Source of the DNA: Akkermansia muciniphila
GTDB taxonomy: Bacteria; Verrucomicrobiota; Verrucomicrobiia; Limisphaerales; F1-80-MAGS106
Direction of reading: 5' to 3'
DNA: 64,000 nt
NCBI GenBank assembly: GCA_945865375.1
Contig: CAMBEJ010000001.1
Span: 8,064 to 72,063, forward strand
Positions 28,599 through 38,990 of this stretch are shown here, piece after piece. The stretch's first letter is position 1; every line of letters begins with the position of its first letter. A model generated the notes under the pieces. It made no database searches, had not been told where the DNA came from, and was given only the letters and a program-made list of their open reading frames with translations. Position numbers and translations under genes: made by a program.

Positions 28599-29932
28599 TT
28601 GACCGCCACCGGCCCCTGTTTCTTCCGCTGCCCGTAGATCTGGATCCCCTTGAGCATATCCACGGCGCGATCCAGTTGGACGTCCCGCACGGTGACCACC
28701 AGCTTGCGCATGCGCTCCTTTTTGTCGTCATCCAAACCCGACAAACTCTCGTCCAAGTTCTCCAAAGCGCCGACAGTTTTCTTCAAGTAAAGCGCCTGCT
28801 CATCCTCTTCACTCATGGGGACATCAATGTCTGGACTGATACCCTTTTCGTGAATCACCTTGTGGCTCGGCGTGTAATACTTGGAAGTGGTCAATCTCAA
28901 GGCGCAGCCGTTCGGCAGCGGAATAATCTTCTGAACGGAGCCTTTCCCAAAGGTTTGCTCCCCCACAATGATCGCTCTTTTCACGTCTTGAAGGCAGCCC
29001 GCGACAATCTCCGAAGCGCTCGCGCTCGAACCATTGACCAGAATCGCCATGGTTAAATCCTGGTGCTTGCCTGGACGCCCCGCCACATAACGCTCGCGAT
29101 CGTCTTCCCCTCGGCCTTCCGTCGACACAATGAGCTGGTCTTTCGGCAGAAAGCGTTCGCAAACCTGGACCGCCTGGTCCAGCAACCCTCCTGGATTGCC
29201 GCGCAAATCCATCACTAACGACTGCATACCCTGCGATTTCAGCCGCTTCAGCGCGTCATCCAAATCTTTTGTGGTTTGCTCGTCGAATTGCAACAAACGC
29301 ACGTAACCCACCTTGTCCTCTCCCAAGGGAAACTCCCGTTTTCCATTCACATCCTTCACCTTATGAACCTTGATGTTCTCCCGCTTCAGCTTCACATCCC
29401 TGGTCTGTGTGGAGCCGGGTCTTGAAATCCGAATCTCGACCTCGCTACCGGGCTCGCCCCGCAGCCGTTTGACGGCGTCATCAAGCTTGAATTTCTCGGT
29501 CGTCCTGCCATCGATCAAGAGCACGCGGTCCCCGGGCAAAATGCCGGCCCGCATCGCCGGCGTATCATCCATCGGCTCCAGGACCGTCAATGTTTTGTCC
29601 CGGATTCCTATGACGATCCCGACCCCCCCAAAGGCACCCTCGGTATCTTTGCGAAGCTCGGTATACTTCACCGGCTCCATGAACTCGCTGTGCGGGTCCA
29701 ACGTGCTCACCATCCCGCGCAGGGAGCTGTAAACCAAATCCTGGTAGCTCAGCCTCTGGCCATCGACGTAGTCCTTACGGACGAGCTCCAAGACGCGGGA
29801 GTAGAGCTCGAGGTTGGGATAAATGTCATCCTTGCCAGCCGCCTCGGCCGATTGAAGATAGATCCTGGCGCCAAAAAACAGGTTCAGCGACAGGCCGGTT
29901 ACAAGAAACCCGTAAAGCAACCTTTTCTTCAT
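28595..29932 (-). CDS. S41-family C-terminal processing peptidase
   Basis: PDZ region (GVGIVIG...AGILPGDRVLLIDG) and catalytic region (ILVNGSSASASEIVAGCLQD, GEQTFGKGSVQ). Confidence 0.9.
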   Translation of the reverse strand: MKKRLLYGFLVTGLSLNLFFGARIYLQSAEAAGKDDIYPNLELYSRVLELVRKDYVDGQRLSYQDLVYSSLRGMVSTLDPHSEFMEPVKYTELRKDTEGAFGGVGIVIGIRDKTLTVLEPMDDTPAMRAGILPGDRVLLIDGRTTEKFKLDDAVKRLRGEPGSEVEIRISRPGSTQTRDVKLKRENIKVHKVKDVNGKREFPLGEDKVGYVRLLQFDEQTTKDLDDALKRLKSQGMQSLVMDLRGNPGGLLDQAVQVCERFLPKDQLIVSTEGRGEDDRERYVAGRPGKHQDLTMAILVNGSSASASEIVAGCLQDVKRAIIVGEQTFGKGSVQKIIPLPNGCALRLTTSKYYTPSHKVIHEKGISPDIDVPMSEEDEQALYLKKTVGALENLDESLSGLDDDKKERMRKLVVTVRDVQLDRAVDMLKGIQIYGQRKKQGPVAVK

Positions 29933-30052
29933 AGTGGTGAGTCGTGTGAAACGTTCGAGCTAACGGGGGCAAGGCTTTTCACGCCCAGCCATGTCCGATC
30001 CATCTGAAACTAAGTACACTCGGCGAGTTTGGCAAGAGGACGGTGACAGAAT

Positions 30053-30955
30053 TTAAATCCCGTCGCAGGTCCTTATCCCTAGCCGTCGGATCTCCGCTTC
30101 GTAGCCCTCCCTGAAGGTGGGATAAAGAAACGTCATGCCGGTCGTCGCGCGAAGTTGAGTGTTCGAAACCCGCTTCTGGGTCGCACCGCGTTTCCGGCCA
30201 GAACGTGTCTCCTGATCCTCCATCGGGGGCAGTGGAAGCCCCAGCCTCAACTTCAACCAGCCAAAAAAATCCCTGTGTTGAACGGGTTCGTTATCGACCG
30301 CGTTGTACACCCCGCCCACGCGCCCTTTCTCCAGCACCAAGACACACATTCCAGCCAGATCGTCCACGTGAATCATGTTGATCCACTGCAACCCTCCCAA
30401 AGCCATGGCACCCCGGCCCCGCAAGTGGTTTAGAAACAGATGCCCGCGATCAGGCCCATAAATCCCCGCCGCTCGCAGAATGATCGCGGGAAATCCCCAA
30501 GAACGATGGGCTTCGAACAGAAGCATTTCGCTCTGAGCCACGATGCGGCCCGTCTCACCAGCACCCTCAGCGGGGCTTTCTTCGTTCACCCAACTCCCGT
30601 CGGTCTGGGCATACACGCTTGTGCTGCTGATCTGGAGATACCGTGCGGATTTCAACGATTGCGATCTCAACCAGTCGATGACAGTCGCAGTGCCCTCAAG
30701 ATAAACCTTCTGGTAGGCGTCCGCTCCACCTTGTGAAGACGACACCGCATTGATCACCCAATCGATTGGACCGGTGATCTGGCCCAGGCTCCTGGCGTCC
30801 GTCACGTCGCCCACGACTGGCTCGATACCTGCCCGGACAAGGTCATCAGCCCTCGATATATGACGGCGCATTCCCAAGACCTGATGCCCTCGCTCCAGCA
30901 GCAAACGGCCCAATCGCACACCAAGGTAGCCACAACCCAGAATTAAAACTCGCAT
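30053..30955 (-). CDS. NAD-dependent epimerase/dehydratase-family SDR
   Basis: MRVLILGCGYLGVRLGRLLLERGHQV Rossmann N-terminus, with extended-SDR layout. Confidence 0.8.
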   Translation of the reverse strand: MRVLILGCGYLGVRLGRLLLERGHQVLGMRRHISRADDLVRAGIEPVVGDVTDARSLGQITGPIDWVINAVSSSQGGADAYQKVYLEGTATVIDWLRSQSLKSARYLQISSTSVYAQTDGSWVNEESPAEGAGETGRIVAQSEMLLFEAHRSWGFPAIILRAAGIYGPDRGHLFLNHLRGRGAMALGGLQWINMIHVDDLAGMCVLVLEKGRVGGVYNAVDNEPVQHRDFFGWLKLRLGLPLPPMEDQETRSGRKRGATQKRVSNTQLRATTGMTFLYPTFREGYEAEIRRLGIRTCDGI

Positions 30956-31133
30956 AACTTTCCGCTGTTACTTCAAGTGTCATCACAGACGATCTCGTCG
31001 CCACGGCCGACGGTCAACTCTTTCGCGCTTATTTTCAAGTCGAGCGGGCGGGAGCCGACGAGTCGATAAAGTTTCCGATAAATCTTCCCAAGCTCTGCCT
31101 TGCGGTCGCAGAGGACTCCTTTACTCTCCCTTC

Positions 31134-31676
31134 ATGAATCGAAGCGTCACCGTGGTCATCAATCGAGATTGCGCCGCCGTCCAAATCCCTTCGGGCGGCC
31201 AAGTCACACTCCCTAGCGGAACTTCCGTGGACATCGCCCAAACCTTGGGAGGATCATTCACAGTCCACGCGCCGGGCGGACTGTTCCGCATCACAGGAAA
31301 AGATGCCGACGCCCTCGGAATGCAGCCCGAGAGCGCCCCAACTCTGCCCGAAAACAATGGAGAACTCACCGAGAAAATGGCCTGGGACATCCTGAAAAGC
31401 TGTTTCGACCCCGAAATCCCGGTGAACATCGTCGATCTCGGTCTTGTTTACGACCTGGCGATCGAACCCCTGCCGGACAAGGGAAACAAGGTCTTTGTCA
31501 AAATGACGCTGACCGCGCCAGGCTGTGGAATGGGGGCCGCCATCGCGGGGGATGCGCAACAAAAACTGCTGAGCCTGCCATCGGTTCAGGACGCCAGCGT
31601 GGAAGTGGTCTGGGACCCGCCGTGGCACCAATCCATGATCACCGCCGACGGCCGTCGAATCCTCGGTTTGGACTGA
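31134..31676 (+). CDS. sufT: SufT-like Fe-S assembly protein (N-terminal domain plus DUF59/MIP18)
   Basis: DUF59 core VKDALKxVxDPE-like segment (AWDILKSCFDPEIPVNIVDLGLVYD...MTLTAPGCGMG...VVWDPPW) preceded by the roughly 80-aa domain typical of SufT. Confidence 0.7.
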   Translation: MNRSVTVVINRDCAAVQIPSGGQVTLPSGTSVDIAQTLGGSFTVHAPGGLFRITGKDADALGMQPESAPTLPENNGELTEKMAWDILKSCFDPEIPVNIVDLGLVYDLAIEPLPDKGNKVFVKMTLTAPGCGMGAAIAGDAQQKLLSLPSVQDASVEVVWDPPWHQSMITADGRRILGLD

Positions 31677-31845
31677 GCCGGTTAGGAAAGACCGAGGCAT
31701 TTAAGTGGCCCGTCCGGATTGCGAGTTCAACCGCTCTTTCTGGGGTTTCATACCAAACCGACGGGTTCATAGCCTGCGACAAACGTCCGAAAGCTGGAAA
31801 AGTTTTGACAAGCACCCCGATAGCACTACTCTGCCGCAACCTCGT

Positions 31846-31921
31846 TGGGGTCGTAGCTCAGTTGGTAGAGCACCACAATGGCATTGTGGGGGTCAGGGGT
31901 TCAAATCCCCTCGGCTCCACC
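31846..31921 (+). tRNA. tRNA-Ala (anticodon GGC), CCA encoded
   Basis: Cloverleaf read by eye: acceptor GGGGTCG/CGGCTCC with the G3:U70 alanine identity pair, D arm GCTC-AGTTGGTA-GAGC, anticodon arm CCACA-AT GGC AT-TGTGG, T arm AGGGG-TTCAAAT-CCCCT, discriminator A, CCA. Confidence 0.92.
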
Positions 31922-32103
31922 ATCTTTTCACGATGGCTGGATTTTTGAGTGTTACCTGAACAGTCGTCCGCGCCTGTTCCATCCGGGCACGCCCACTCCT
32001 TCAGCATGCTCCAAACAAGGACGGGCTCAACGACAAATCCCTTTGAGTAAATTATTTGTGCGGACTTCTTGGGAATGGTCTAACCTCGTCCGCATCTTCG
32101 TGA

Positions 32104-33104
32104 TTGCCGTATGAAAGAATACGGAATTCGGTTGAGGCTGGAAAAATGGAACTGGAGGCTTCCCTATTCGATCTGCGCCAAGTGGTGCATGGCAGTCTCG
32201 TGATGCTCAAGGAACGCGCGGCCAACCACGGGATCCATTTGAAAGCAGAAATTGGTGAAGGCGTCGACAAGCTCTTTGCCGACGAGAGCAAGATCAAACA
32301 GATACTTTTCAACCTGCTTTCGAATGCGGTGAAATTCACCCCGGACAAAGGATCTGTCGGGATCAAGGTCGCCGTGGTGAGAGATGAAATTCAAATCGCG
32401 GTCTGGGACACTGGCATAGGGATTCCAAAGTCTGAGCAGGATAAGCTGTTTAAAGAATTCCATCGAGTGCAGTCCAGTCTGAGCGCGACTGTTGAAGGGA
32501 CGGGCTTGGGCTTGACCCTGACGAGGAAGTTTGTCGAATTGCATGGCGGACTGGTTTGGATGGAGAGCAGTCCGGGTTCGGGAAGCGTTTTCACGATTGC
32601 TCTGCCTAACCAAAAGTGGAACGAAGATACCATGTTCCTTTCTCCTCCGCAGAATGATCCAGATCCGCTGGAGGCCGACACCCGCCACGAAGAGGACGCC
32701 CAAGTGCTCGTGGTCGAACCGGATGCCGGAGTCGCAGATCTGCTCACTCGGCACTTGAACGAAGCGGGCTACACAGTGGCTGTGGCCTGCGACTACGAAG
32801 AGGGTTGGGAGAAGCTCAAGGCGCAACCGCTGCGGGTGGTTGTTCTGGATATTTTGCGAACCCAGACCAGCAGGGTCTCTTTTCTGAACCGGCTGAAGGA
32901 GGCTCCCGAAACAAAGGACCTGCCGCTGATTCTGGTGTCCAGCTTGGAAGGGGAGGAGATGGTCGAGGGGGCAAGCGGGACCGAGCGCCTCGCCAATCTC
33001 GATCCGAAGTTGCTGATAGAACAGTTGGGAGCTTCGATGGGTATTTGTCCAAGCCTATTGATCTCAAGCAACTCTTTGAGTTAGTGAAGAGCCATCTGGG
33101 ATGA
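32104..33104 (+). pseudogene. Histidine kinase remnant: HATPase_c plus degenerate receiver, lacking HisKA, with a 3' frameshift
   Basis: Begins inside the linker (EAGKMELEASLFDL) with no H-box upstream. HATPase motifs NLLSNAVKF, DTGIGI, GTGLGLTL. The receiver has a VVEPDAG acidic pocket variant. The canonical receiver end FDGYLSKPIDLKQLFELVKSHLG is in another frame from about 33034. Confidence 0.75.
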
Positions 33105-33138
33105 AAACCTTTCTCTGAAAATCAGCTCGAAGCGACCA

Positions 33139-33187
33139 GTCTCATTCCTCCAGGGCTGCCAGTCAGCGGAGGCCTCTAGCCCCGCAC
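33139..33187. repeat. Partial copy of the GC-rich core of the 27.6-kb repeat
   Basis: gtctcatt...ctccagggctgccagtcagcggaggcctctagccccgcac compared with 27607-27645. It differs by one indel and two substitutions in the core. Confidence 0.6.
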
Positions 33188-33261
33188 ACTCCGGGTGTGG
33201 TCCTCGGAAACAGCGGTAGGGATCAGCCTTTTGCAGGCTCCACTGCGGAACCCCGCAGGTC

Positions 33262-33849
33262 CTAGGCAGAACGCTTGAGGAAGACGATTCGAGAAATTCC
33301 CGTGATGACAGGCGGTTTGAGCCGCTGCTTGATGGCGTCGAGTTCGGTGCTGTTCCCGGTCACCTCAAACAGGCCGATCAAAAACCATTTTCCACCTTCT
33401 TCACGCCGCACATAGACCGGAAGCTGTCCCGTGGTCTCCGCGAGTTTTATTCCCCACTTTGGTAGCTCCCCTTTTCGTCCCACCCAGACTTCGCACGGGT
33501 CGCTCTCGGCGCGCGGATTCCATATCAAACCCAAACATAAACCCCGTATCACCCCTGCTCGGTGAATGACAGAGTGGGGCGGGGCAGTCTCCCCTCCGAG
33601 CCGTGAGCGAATGTCTTCAAATTCGTAGCCTTCTCCGACGACATGCGGCGGGGAAGCAGGAGCGGGCAAGTGATCAAGCATCGCGGGTAGCCAAGCAACG
33701 GTGCCGTCCGCCGTCAATGCCCAATCACCATTTGGAAACCGGTGCTCCTGCCCCGCAAGCCACCGACAACCCCGGGATGCACCGCGTTCTTCGGCCTGGT
33801 CATTTCCGCGCTTGCCCTGGGGTTCAGACCCCCTATTCTCTTGGAGCAA
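33262..33849 (-). CDS. Hypothetical protein
   Basis: 195-aa ORF with protein-like composition (…LPVYVRREEGGKWFLIGLFEVTGNSTELDAIKQRL…). No domain recognised and the start is uncertain. Confidence 0.45.
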   Translation of the reverse strand: MLQENRGSEPQGKRGNDQAEERGASRGCRWLAGQEHRFPNGDWALTADGTVAWLPAMLDHLPAPASPPHVVGEGYEFEDIRSRLGGETAPPHSVIHRAGVIRGLCLGLIWNPRAESDPCEVWVGRKGELPKWGIKLAETTGQLPVYVRREEGGKWFLIGLFEVTGNSTELDAIKQRLKPPVITGISRIVFLKRSA

Positions 33850-33945
33850 CCGGCCTTACGGCTTCACTCTGAGCGGCTCGTATGAAACCAGTTCTTGCAC
33901 TCCCACACAAGCCGCGCGGCTCATGTCCGCAACATCTTTCGATAA

Positions 33946-34764
33946 ATGATTATGCTGAACCCTTGCGCCGTGGTCACCGGTGCGTCCCGTGGCATCGGTC
34001 GTGAGGTCGCCATCGGTCTCGCCCGATCCGGATTTGATGTCGTCATCAACTACGCGGCAAACCGTCCCGCAGCGGAGAGCACAGCGAGTGGGTGCCTTCA
34101 GGCGGCATCCCTCCAAGGCAGGACGGTTCGCACAATTTTAGTGCAGGCGGACATTCGAGACTCATCAGCCCGAATCCGTCTCATCAACGCGGCACGCGAC
34201 TGGTCCCCTGCCCTGCACCTGCTTGTCAACAATGCGGGCATCGCACCGGTCGTGCGCGCGGACATCCTCGAGGCCAGTGAGGAAAGTTTTGACCATGTCA
34301 TCGCGATCAATTTGAAAGGGCCCTATTTCTTGAGCCAACTCGCCGCCAGATGGATGCTCGAACAACCGCCCACGACCTCCAACGGCCTCGAGCCCGATCC
34401 GCGTTGCCACCAGAAGATCGTCAATATCTCTTCAGTCAGCGCCTACGCCGCGTCGATAAACCGGGGCGACTACTGCATCTCCAAGTCCGGTTTATCCATG
34501 GTGACGGCTCTGTTTGCCAAACGACTCGCAGCGCATCGAGTGAATGTGTACGAGATCCGCCCCGGCGTGATCGCCACCGACATGACGGAATCAGTGAAGG
34601 CAAAATATGACGCCCTGATCGCGGGAGGGTTGACGCCGATCGACCGCTGGGGATCCCCTGCTGATGTCGCTAAAGCAGTCGTTGCCATCGCCGAAGGCGC
34701 GTTCCCTTTCAGCACCGGCGAGGTCATCAACGTGGATGGCGGATTTCACATGCGGACGCTTTAG
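33946..34764 (+). CDS. SDR-family oxidoreductase (3-oxoacyl-ACP reductase-like)
   Basis: [24 protein letters not shown]...Y.ISK catalytic pattern, PGVIATDM. Confidence 0.85.
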   Translation: MIMLNPCAVVTGASRGIGREVAIGLARSGFDVVINYAANRPAAESTASGCLQAASLQGRTVRTILVQADIRDSSARIRLINAARDWSPALHLLVNNAGIAPVVRADILEASEESFDHVIAINLKGPYFLSQLAARWMLEQPPTTSNGLEPDPRCHQKIVNISSVSAYAASINRGDYCISKSGLSMVTALFAKRLAAHRVNVYEIRPGVIATDMTESVKAKYDALIAGGLTPIDRWGSPADVAKAVVAIAEGAFPFSTGEVINVDGGFHMRTL

Positions 34765-34772
34765 CTTTAGTT

Positions 34773-36164
34773 ATGCCATTGATCGTCGATAACGCCCTGG
34801 CTCCAGCCGATTTATTACCCCAGATTCAGTGCCTGTGGGAGCTTTCCGCTGCAAAAATTCTCGACATCGAACAGACCTGGTCGGAGGAAAATGGAACTCC
34901 GGTGTTCACCGTGAACGGGGCCTACACGAGCCGAGGCTGGACGGAGTGGACTCAAGGGTTCCAGTATGGGTCGGCAATCTTGCAGTTTGATGCCACCGGG
35001 GACGCTCGCTTCCTGGATCTGGGGAGGACGCGTACGGTCCACAAAATGGCGGCTCACGTCTCCCACACTGGAGTACACGATCACGGGTTTAACAACATCT
35101 CGACCTATGGGAACCTCCATCGCTTGATGCGGGAGGGCCGCATCGAAGACAATGTCAACGAACGCAATTTCTACGAGCTCGCCTTGAAAGTGTCAGGCGC
35201 CATTCAGGCGGCGCGCTGGACACCTGTTGAGGGCGGCCTCGGCTACATTTATTCCTTCAATGGACCGCACTCGTTGTTCATCGACACGATGCGATCGTTG
35301 CGATCGCTGGTTGTCGCGTCTCAACTGGGTCATGTGCTGATGCAAGAACGAGACACGGCCATCTGCCTTCTGGATCGTTCGATCATCCATGCCGAGGTGA
35401 CCGCTCGGTTTAACATCTACTACGGCGAAGGACGTGATTCATATGACGTCCCGGGACGCGTGGCTCATGAAAGTCTCTTCAACGTGAAGGATGGCGGTTA
35501 TCGATGCCCCAGTTCGCAGCAGGGATTCTCCCCGTTTACGACCTGGACACGCGGGCTTGCGTGGGCCCTGTGCGGATTCTCCGAACTGCTCGAGTATCTT
35601 CTTGAACTCGACCCCAAAATGCAGATTCGGAACCAGCCTCTCACAGGAGTTATCGAGTTGTTTCTAAAAGCCGCGCGGGTCACTTCGCGGTTTTACATGG
35701 AAAACTGCTGCTCCGACGGCGTGCCCTATTGGGATACGGGAGCGCCGGAGCTCTGGCGAATCAAGGACGCGCTTGAAAAGCCGGCGCAACCGTTCAATGA
35801 ATGGGAACCTGTGGACAGTTCCGCCGCAGCCATCGCCGCGCAAGGACTCCTCAGGCTCTCCAAAGTGGAGCGCGTTCTTGGCAATCGTTCCTCCGCGCGG
35901 CGCCTGCACAAAGCCGGTTTAACAGTCGCCCGCACGTTGCTGTCGGAAATTTATCTATCGCGGTCTCCCACTCACCAAGGATTGCTTCTTCATTCCCTTT
36001 ACCATCGTCCCAACGGCTGGGATCACGTGGCGCGAAACCAAAAGGTGCCGAACGGAGAAAGCTCGATGTGGGGGGATTACCATCTTCGTGAACTCGCGCT
36101 CATCATCCAGCGCCAAGCGAAGCGGGAAACTCCGTTCCAGTTTTACATTTCCAAGCATTCATGA
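34773..36164 (+). CDS. Six-hairpin glycosidase-like protein (GH88/GH105 unsaturated glucuronyl/rhamnogalacturonyl hydrolase-like)
   Basis: Segment-by-segment resemblance to unsaturated glucuronyl hydrolases: GWTEWTQGFQYG, HDHGFNN, TWTRGLAWALCGF, VPYWD, DSSAAAIAAQGLL, MWGDYHLRE. Confidence 0.6.
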   Translation: MPLIVDNALAPADLLPQIQCLWELSAAKILDIEQTWSEENGTPVFTVNGAYTSRGWTEWTQGFQYGSAILQFDATGDARFLDLGRTRTVHKMAAHVSHTGVHDHGFNNISTYGNLHRLMREGRIEDNVNERNFYELALKVSGAIQAARWTPVEGGLGYIYSFNGPHSLFIDTMRSLRSLVVASQLGHVLMQERDTAICLLDRSIIHAEVTARFNIYYGEGRDSYDVPGRVAHESLFNVKDGGYRCPSSQQGFSPFTTWTRGLAWALCGFSELLEYLLELDPKMQIRNQPLTGVIELFLKAARVTSRFYMENCCSDGVPYWDTGAPELWRIKDALEKPAQPFNEWEPVDSSAAAIAAQGLLRLSKVERVLGNRSSARRLHKAGLTVARTLLSEIYLSRSPTHQGLLLHSLYHRPNGWDHVARNQKVPNGESSMWGDYHLRELALIIQRQAKRETPFQFYISKHS

Positions 36165-36168
36165 ACTT

Positions 36169-38790
36169 ATGGATCTGAACAGATTCACCGAAAACTCGCA
36201 GGCCACATTGGTCGAGGCGCAAAGTCTTGCCACGCGCAATCAGCATCAGGCCATGGACGTCGAGCACGTGCTCTTGGCTCTTCTCGAGCAGGAGGGCGGC
36301 CTTGTGCCCCGACTGTTCGAAAAAGCTAAGGCCTCCTCCGCCTTGTTAAAAGCCAGGATCGAGGAGGAACTGGGCCGACTCCCGCGCGTCTCCGGCAGCG
36401 ACACCACCAAACAGGGGAACTATGTCACGCAACGGATGAACCTGCTCCTGGTTCACGCGCAGGACGAGGCCGCCACGCTCAAGGACGATTATGTGTCCGT
36501 CGAACATATGGTGCTGGCTATGTTCTCGGAACCGGCCAGCACGGCCATCGGCAAGATCTTCAAGAGCCTCGGCATCCGCCGCGATGAGTTCCTGAAGGCG
36601 CTCACCGAAGTGCGCGGAAATCAGCGCGTCACCAGCACCAATCCCGAGTCCACTTATGAGGCCCTCGAAAAGTACGGGTGCGACCTCACCAAAATGGCGC
36701 TGCAAAACAAGCTCGACCCGGTGATCGGTCGCGACAGCGAGATCCGCCGTGCTATCCAGGTGCTCTCACGCCGCACCAAGAACAACCCCGTGCTGATCGG
36801 CGAGCCAGGCGTGGGAAAAACCGCCATCGTCGAAGGCCTCGCCCGGCGCATCGTCGCGGGCGATGTGCCGGATAGCCTCAAGGAGAAACGGCTCGTTTCG
36901 CTCGATCTCGGAGCGCTCATAGCCGGTGCGAAATTTCGCGGCGAATTCGAGGAGCGACTCAAAGCGGTGCTCCAGGAGATCACCAAGGCGCGGGGGCAAA
37001 TCGTTCTGTTCATCGACGAAATCCACACGATGGTCGGCGCTGGCAAGGCTGAGGGCGCGATGGACGCCGGCAATATGCTCAAACCCATGCTCGCACGTGG
37101 CGAGCTGCACTGCATCGGTGCCACAACTCTGGACGAGTACCGGAAACATATCGAAAAAGACGCCGCGCTGGAGCGCCGTTTCCAACCCGTGCTGGTCAAC
37201 GAACCGAGCGTCGAGGACACGATCTCCATTCTTCGCGGCCTTCGCGAACGTTACGAGCTGCACCACAACGTGCGCATCCAGGACGCCGCCCTCGTCGCCG
37301 CCGCCCAGCTCTCGCAGCGCTACATCTCTGACCGCTTCCTGCCGGACAAAGCCATCGATCTCATGGACGAAGCCGCTGCCAAGCTCCGCACTGAGATGGA
37401 GTCCATGCCCGAGGAACTGGAGAACTTCGAACGAAGACTGATGCAGCTCGAAATCGAACGCGAGGCGTTGAAGAAGGAAAAAGATCAGCCATCACGCGAA
37501 CGCCTGAAGGTTCTCGAAAAAGAGCTGGCCAATCTCAGAAGCCAGCGGGATACGCTCAAAGCGCAGTGGGACAGCGAAAAATCCGCCCTTGGCAACATCC
37601 AGAAACTCCGCGAAGCCCTCGAAGTCGCCCGCAATGAGATGGAAAAAGCGCAGCGCGCGGGCGATCTCTCACGCGTGGCTGAGTTCCAATACGGCAAGAT
37701 TCCTCAATTCGAGAGACAACTCAAGGATCTGGAAACCAAAACCAACCTCGCGGAAGGAGGGGCCCGGCTCCTTCAAGAAGAAGTCACCGCCGAGGAAATC
37801 GCCGAAGTCGTGGCCCGATGGACCGGCATCCCCGTCTCACGCCTCATCGAGGGTGAGAAAGAAAAGCTGCTGCGTCTCGACCAGATTCTTCACAAGCGAG
37901 TCGTCGGCCAGGATGAAGCGGTGCAGGCCGCTGCGGATGCCATCATCCGGGCGCGCTCCGGCCTCAAAGACCCAAAGCGGCCCATCGGCTCCTTCATTTT
38001 CCTCGGACCCACCGGTGTGGGCAAGACCGAGCTCGCCCGCGCGCTGGCCGAATCCATGTTCGACAGCGAGGACAACATCGTCCGCATTGACATGAGCGAA
38101 TTCATGGAGAAACACTCCGTGTCACGACTCATCGGTGCCCCTCCGGGCTACGTCGGCTACGAGGAGGGCGGCCAGCTCACCGAGGCAGTTCGACGCAAGC
38201 CCTATTGCGTGATCCTTTTCGATGAGATCGAAAAAGCCCACCACGACGTCTTCAACATCATGCTGCAGCTCCTTGATGATGGCCGGCTCACCGATAGCCA
38301 GGGCCGCACTGTGGACTTCAAAAATACGATCCTGATCATGACTTCGAACATTGGCAGCCCGCATCTCATCGAAAATGCGAATGAGAAAGGCGAGATTGTC
38401 GAGCCAGTCAGAAAAGCGGTCATGGCCGAGCTGCGCACGCACTTCCGGCCAGAATTCCTCAACCGCGTGGATGAGATCGTCCTCTTCAAACCGCTCACGC
38501 TTGCAGAAATCAAGGTCATCGTGGAGCTGCAGCTCACATTGTTGCGGGCCCGCCTCGCCGATCGTCGAATCGAACTGGATCTCTCGGACGCAGCAAAGGA
38601 ATTTGTCGCCCGTGAAGGATACGATCCAGTCTACGGCGCGCGTCCGCTGAAGCGGTTCCTCCAACGCCAGATCGAGACCGCGCTTTCCAGAAAGATTCTC
38701 CAAGGTGAAGTGACTGACAGCAGCCATGTAAAAGTGGACCTGAGAGCTGGCCAGCTCACTTTCACCTCCAAACCGATCAAAAAGAGCTGA
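36169..38790 (+). CDS. clpB: ATP-dependent chaperone ClpB
   Basis: Collinear with ClpB throughout: two AAA+ modules ([15 protein letters not shown]; [15 protein letters not shown]), a middle coiled-coil, and [21 protein letters not shown]. Start at MDLNRFTE, 5 nt after the upstream stop. Confidence 0.97.
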   Translation: MDLNRFTENSQATLVEAQSLATRNQHQAMDVEHVLLALLEQEGGLVPRLFEKAKASSALLKARIEEELGRLPRVSGSDTTKQGNYVTQRMNLLLVHAQDEAATLKDDYVSVEHMVLAMFSEPASTAIGKIFKSLGIRRDEFLKALTEVRGNQRVTSTNPESTYEALEKYGCDLTKMALQNKLDPVIGRDSEIRRAIQVLSRRTKNNPVLIGEPGVGKTAIVEGLARRIVAGDVPDSLKEKRLVSLDLGALIAGAKFRGEFEERLKAVLQEITKARGQIVLFIDEIHTMVGAGKAEGAMDAGNMLKPMLARGELHCIGATTLDEYRKHIEKDAALERRFQPVLVNEPSVEDTISILRGLRERYELHHNVRIQDAALVAAAQLSQRYISDRFLPDKAIDLMDEAAAKLRTEMESMPEELENFERRLMQLEIEREALKKEKDQPSRERLKVLEKELANLRSQRDTLKAQWDSEKSALGNIQKLREALEVARNEMEKAQRAGDLSRVAEFQYGKIPQFERQLKDLETKTNLAEGGARLLQEEVTAEEIAEVVARWTGIPVSRLIEGEKEKLLRLDQILHKRVVGQDEAVQAAADAIIRARSGLKDPKRPIGSFIFLGPTGVGKTELARALAESMFDSEDNIVRIDMSEFMEKHSVSRLIGAPPGYVGYEEGGQLTEAVRRKPYCVILFDEIEKAHHDVFNIMLQLLDDGRLTDSQGRTVDFKNTILIMTSNIGSPHLIENANEKGEIVEPVRKAVMAELRTHFRPEFLNRVDEIVLFKPLTLAEIKVIVELQLTLLRARLADRRIELDLSDAAKEFVAREGYDPVYGARPLKRFLQRQIETALSRKILQGEVTDSSHVKVDLRAGQLTFTSKPIKKS

Positions 38791-38990
38791 ACCTCTTGTT
38801 GAGCCTATGCGAAATCGAAAGGCTCAGAACTCCTGACAGCGCGTCTTGGATTCAGGGCCGCAAGACATTTTTCAGTCGCGTCAACGGCGGGCTAACATTC
38901 ATGAAAAACGAAGGCCGCCGGGGATCCGGTGATCACGTCGACCAGCCCTCCATATTCACCAATAGCACCCAGCTCACCCGAAACCACCGT

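Noticed and set aside
31846-33849. An intact integrative element or prophage at tRNA-Ala.
   Set aside because: No integrase, no phage genes and no direct repeat of the tRNA 3' end were seen within the window. Only a possible scar is reported.
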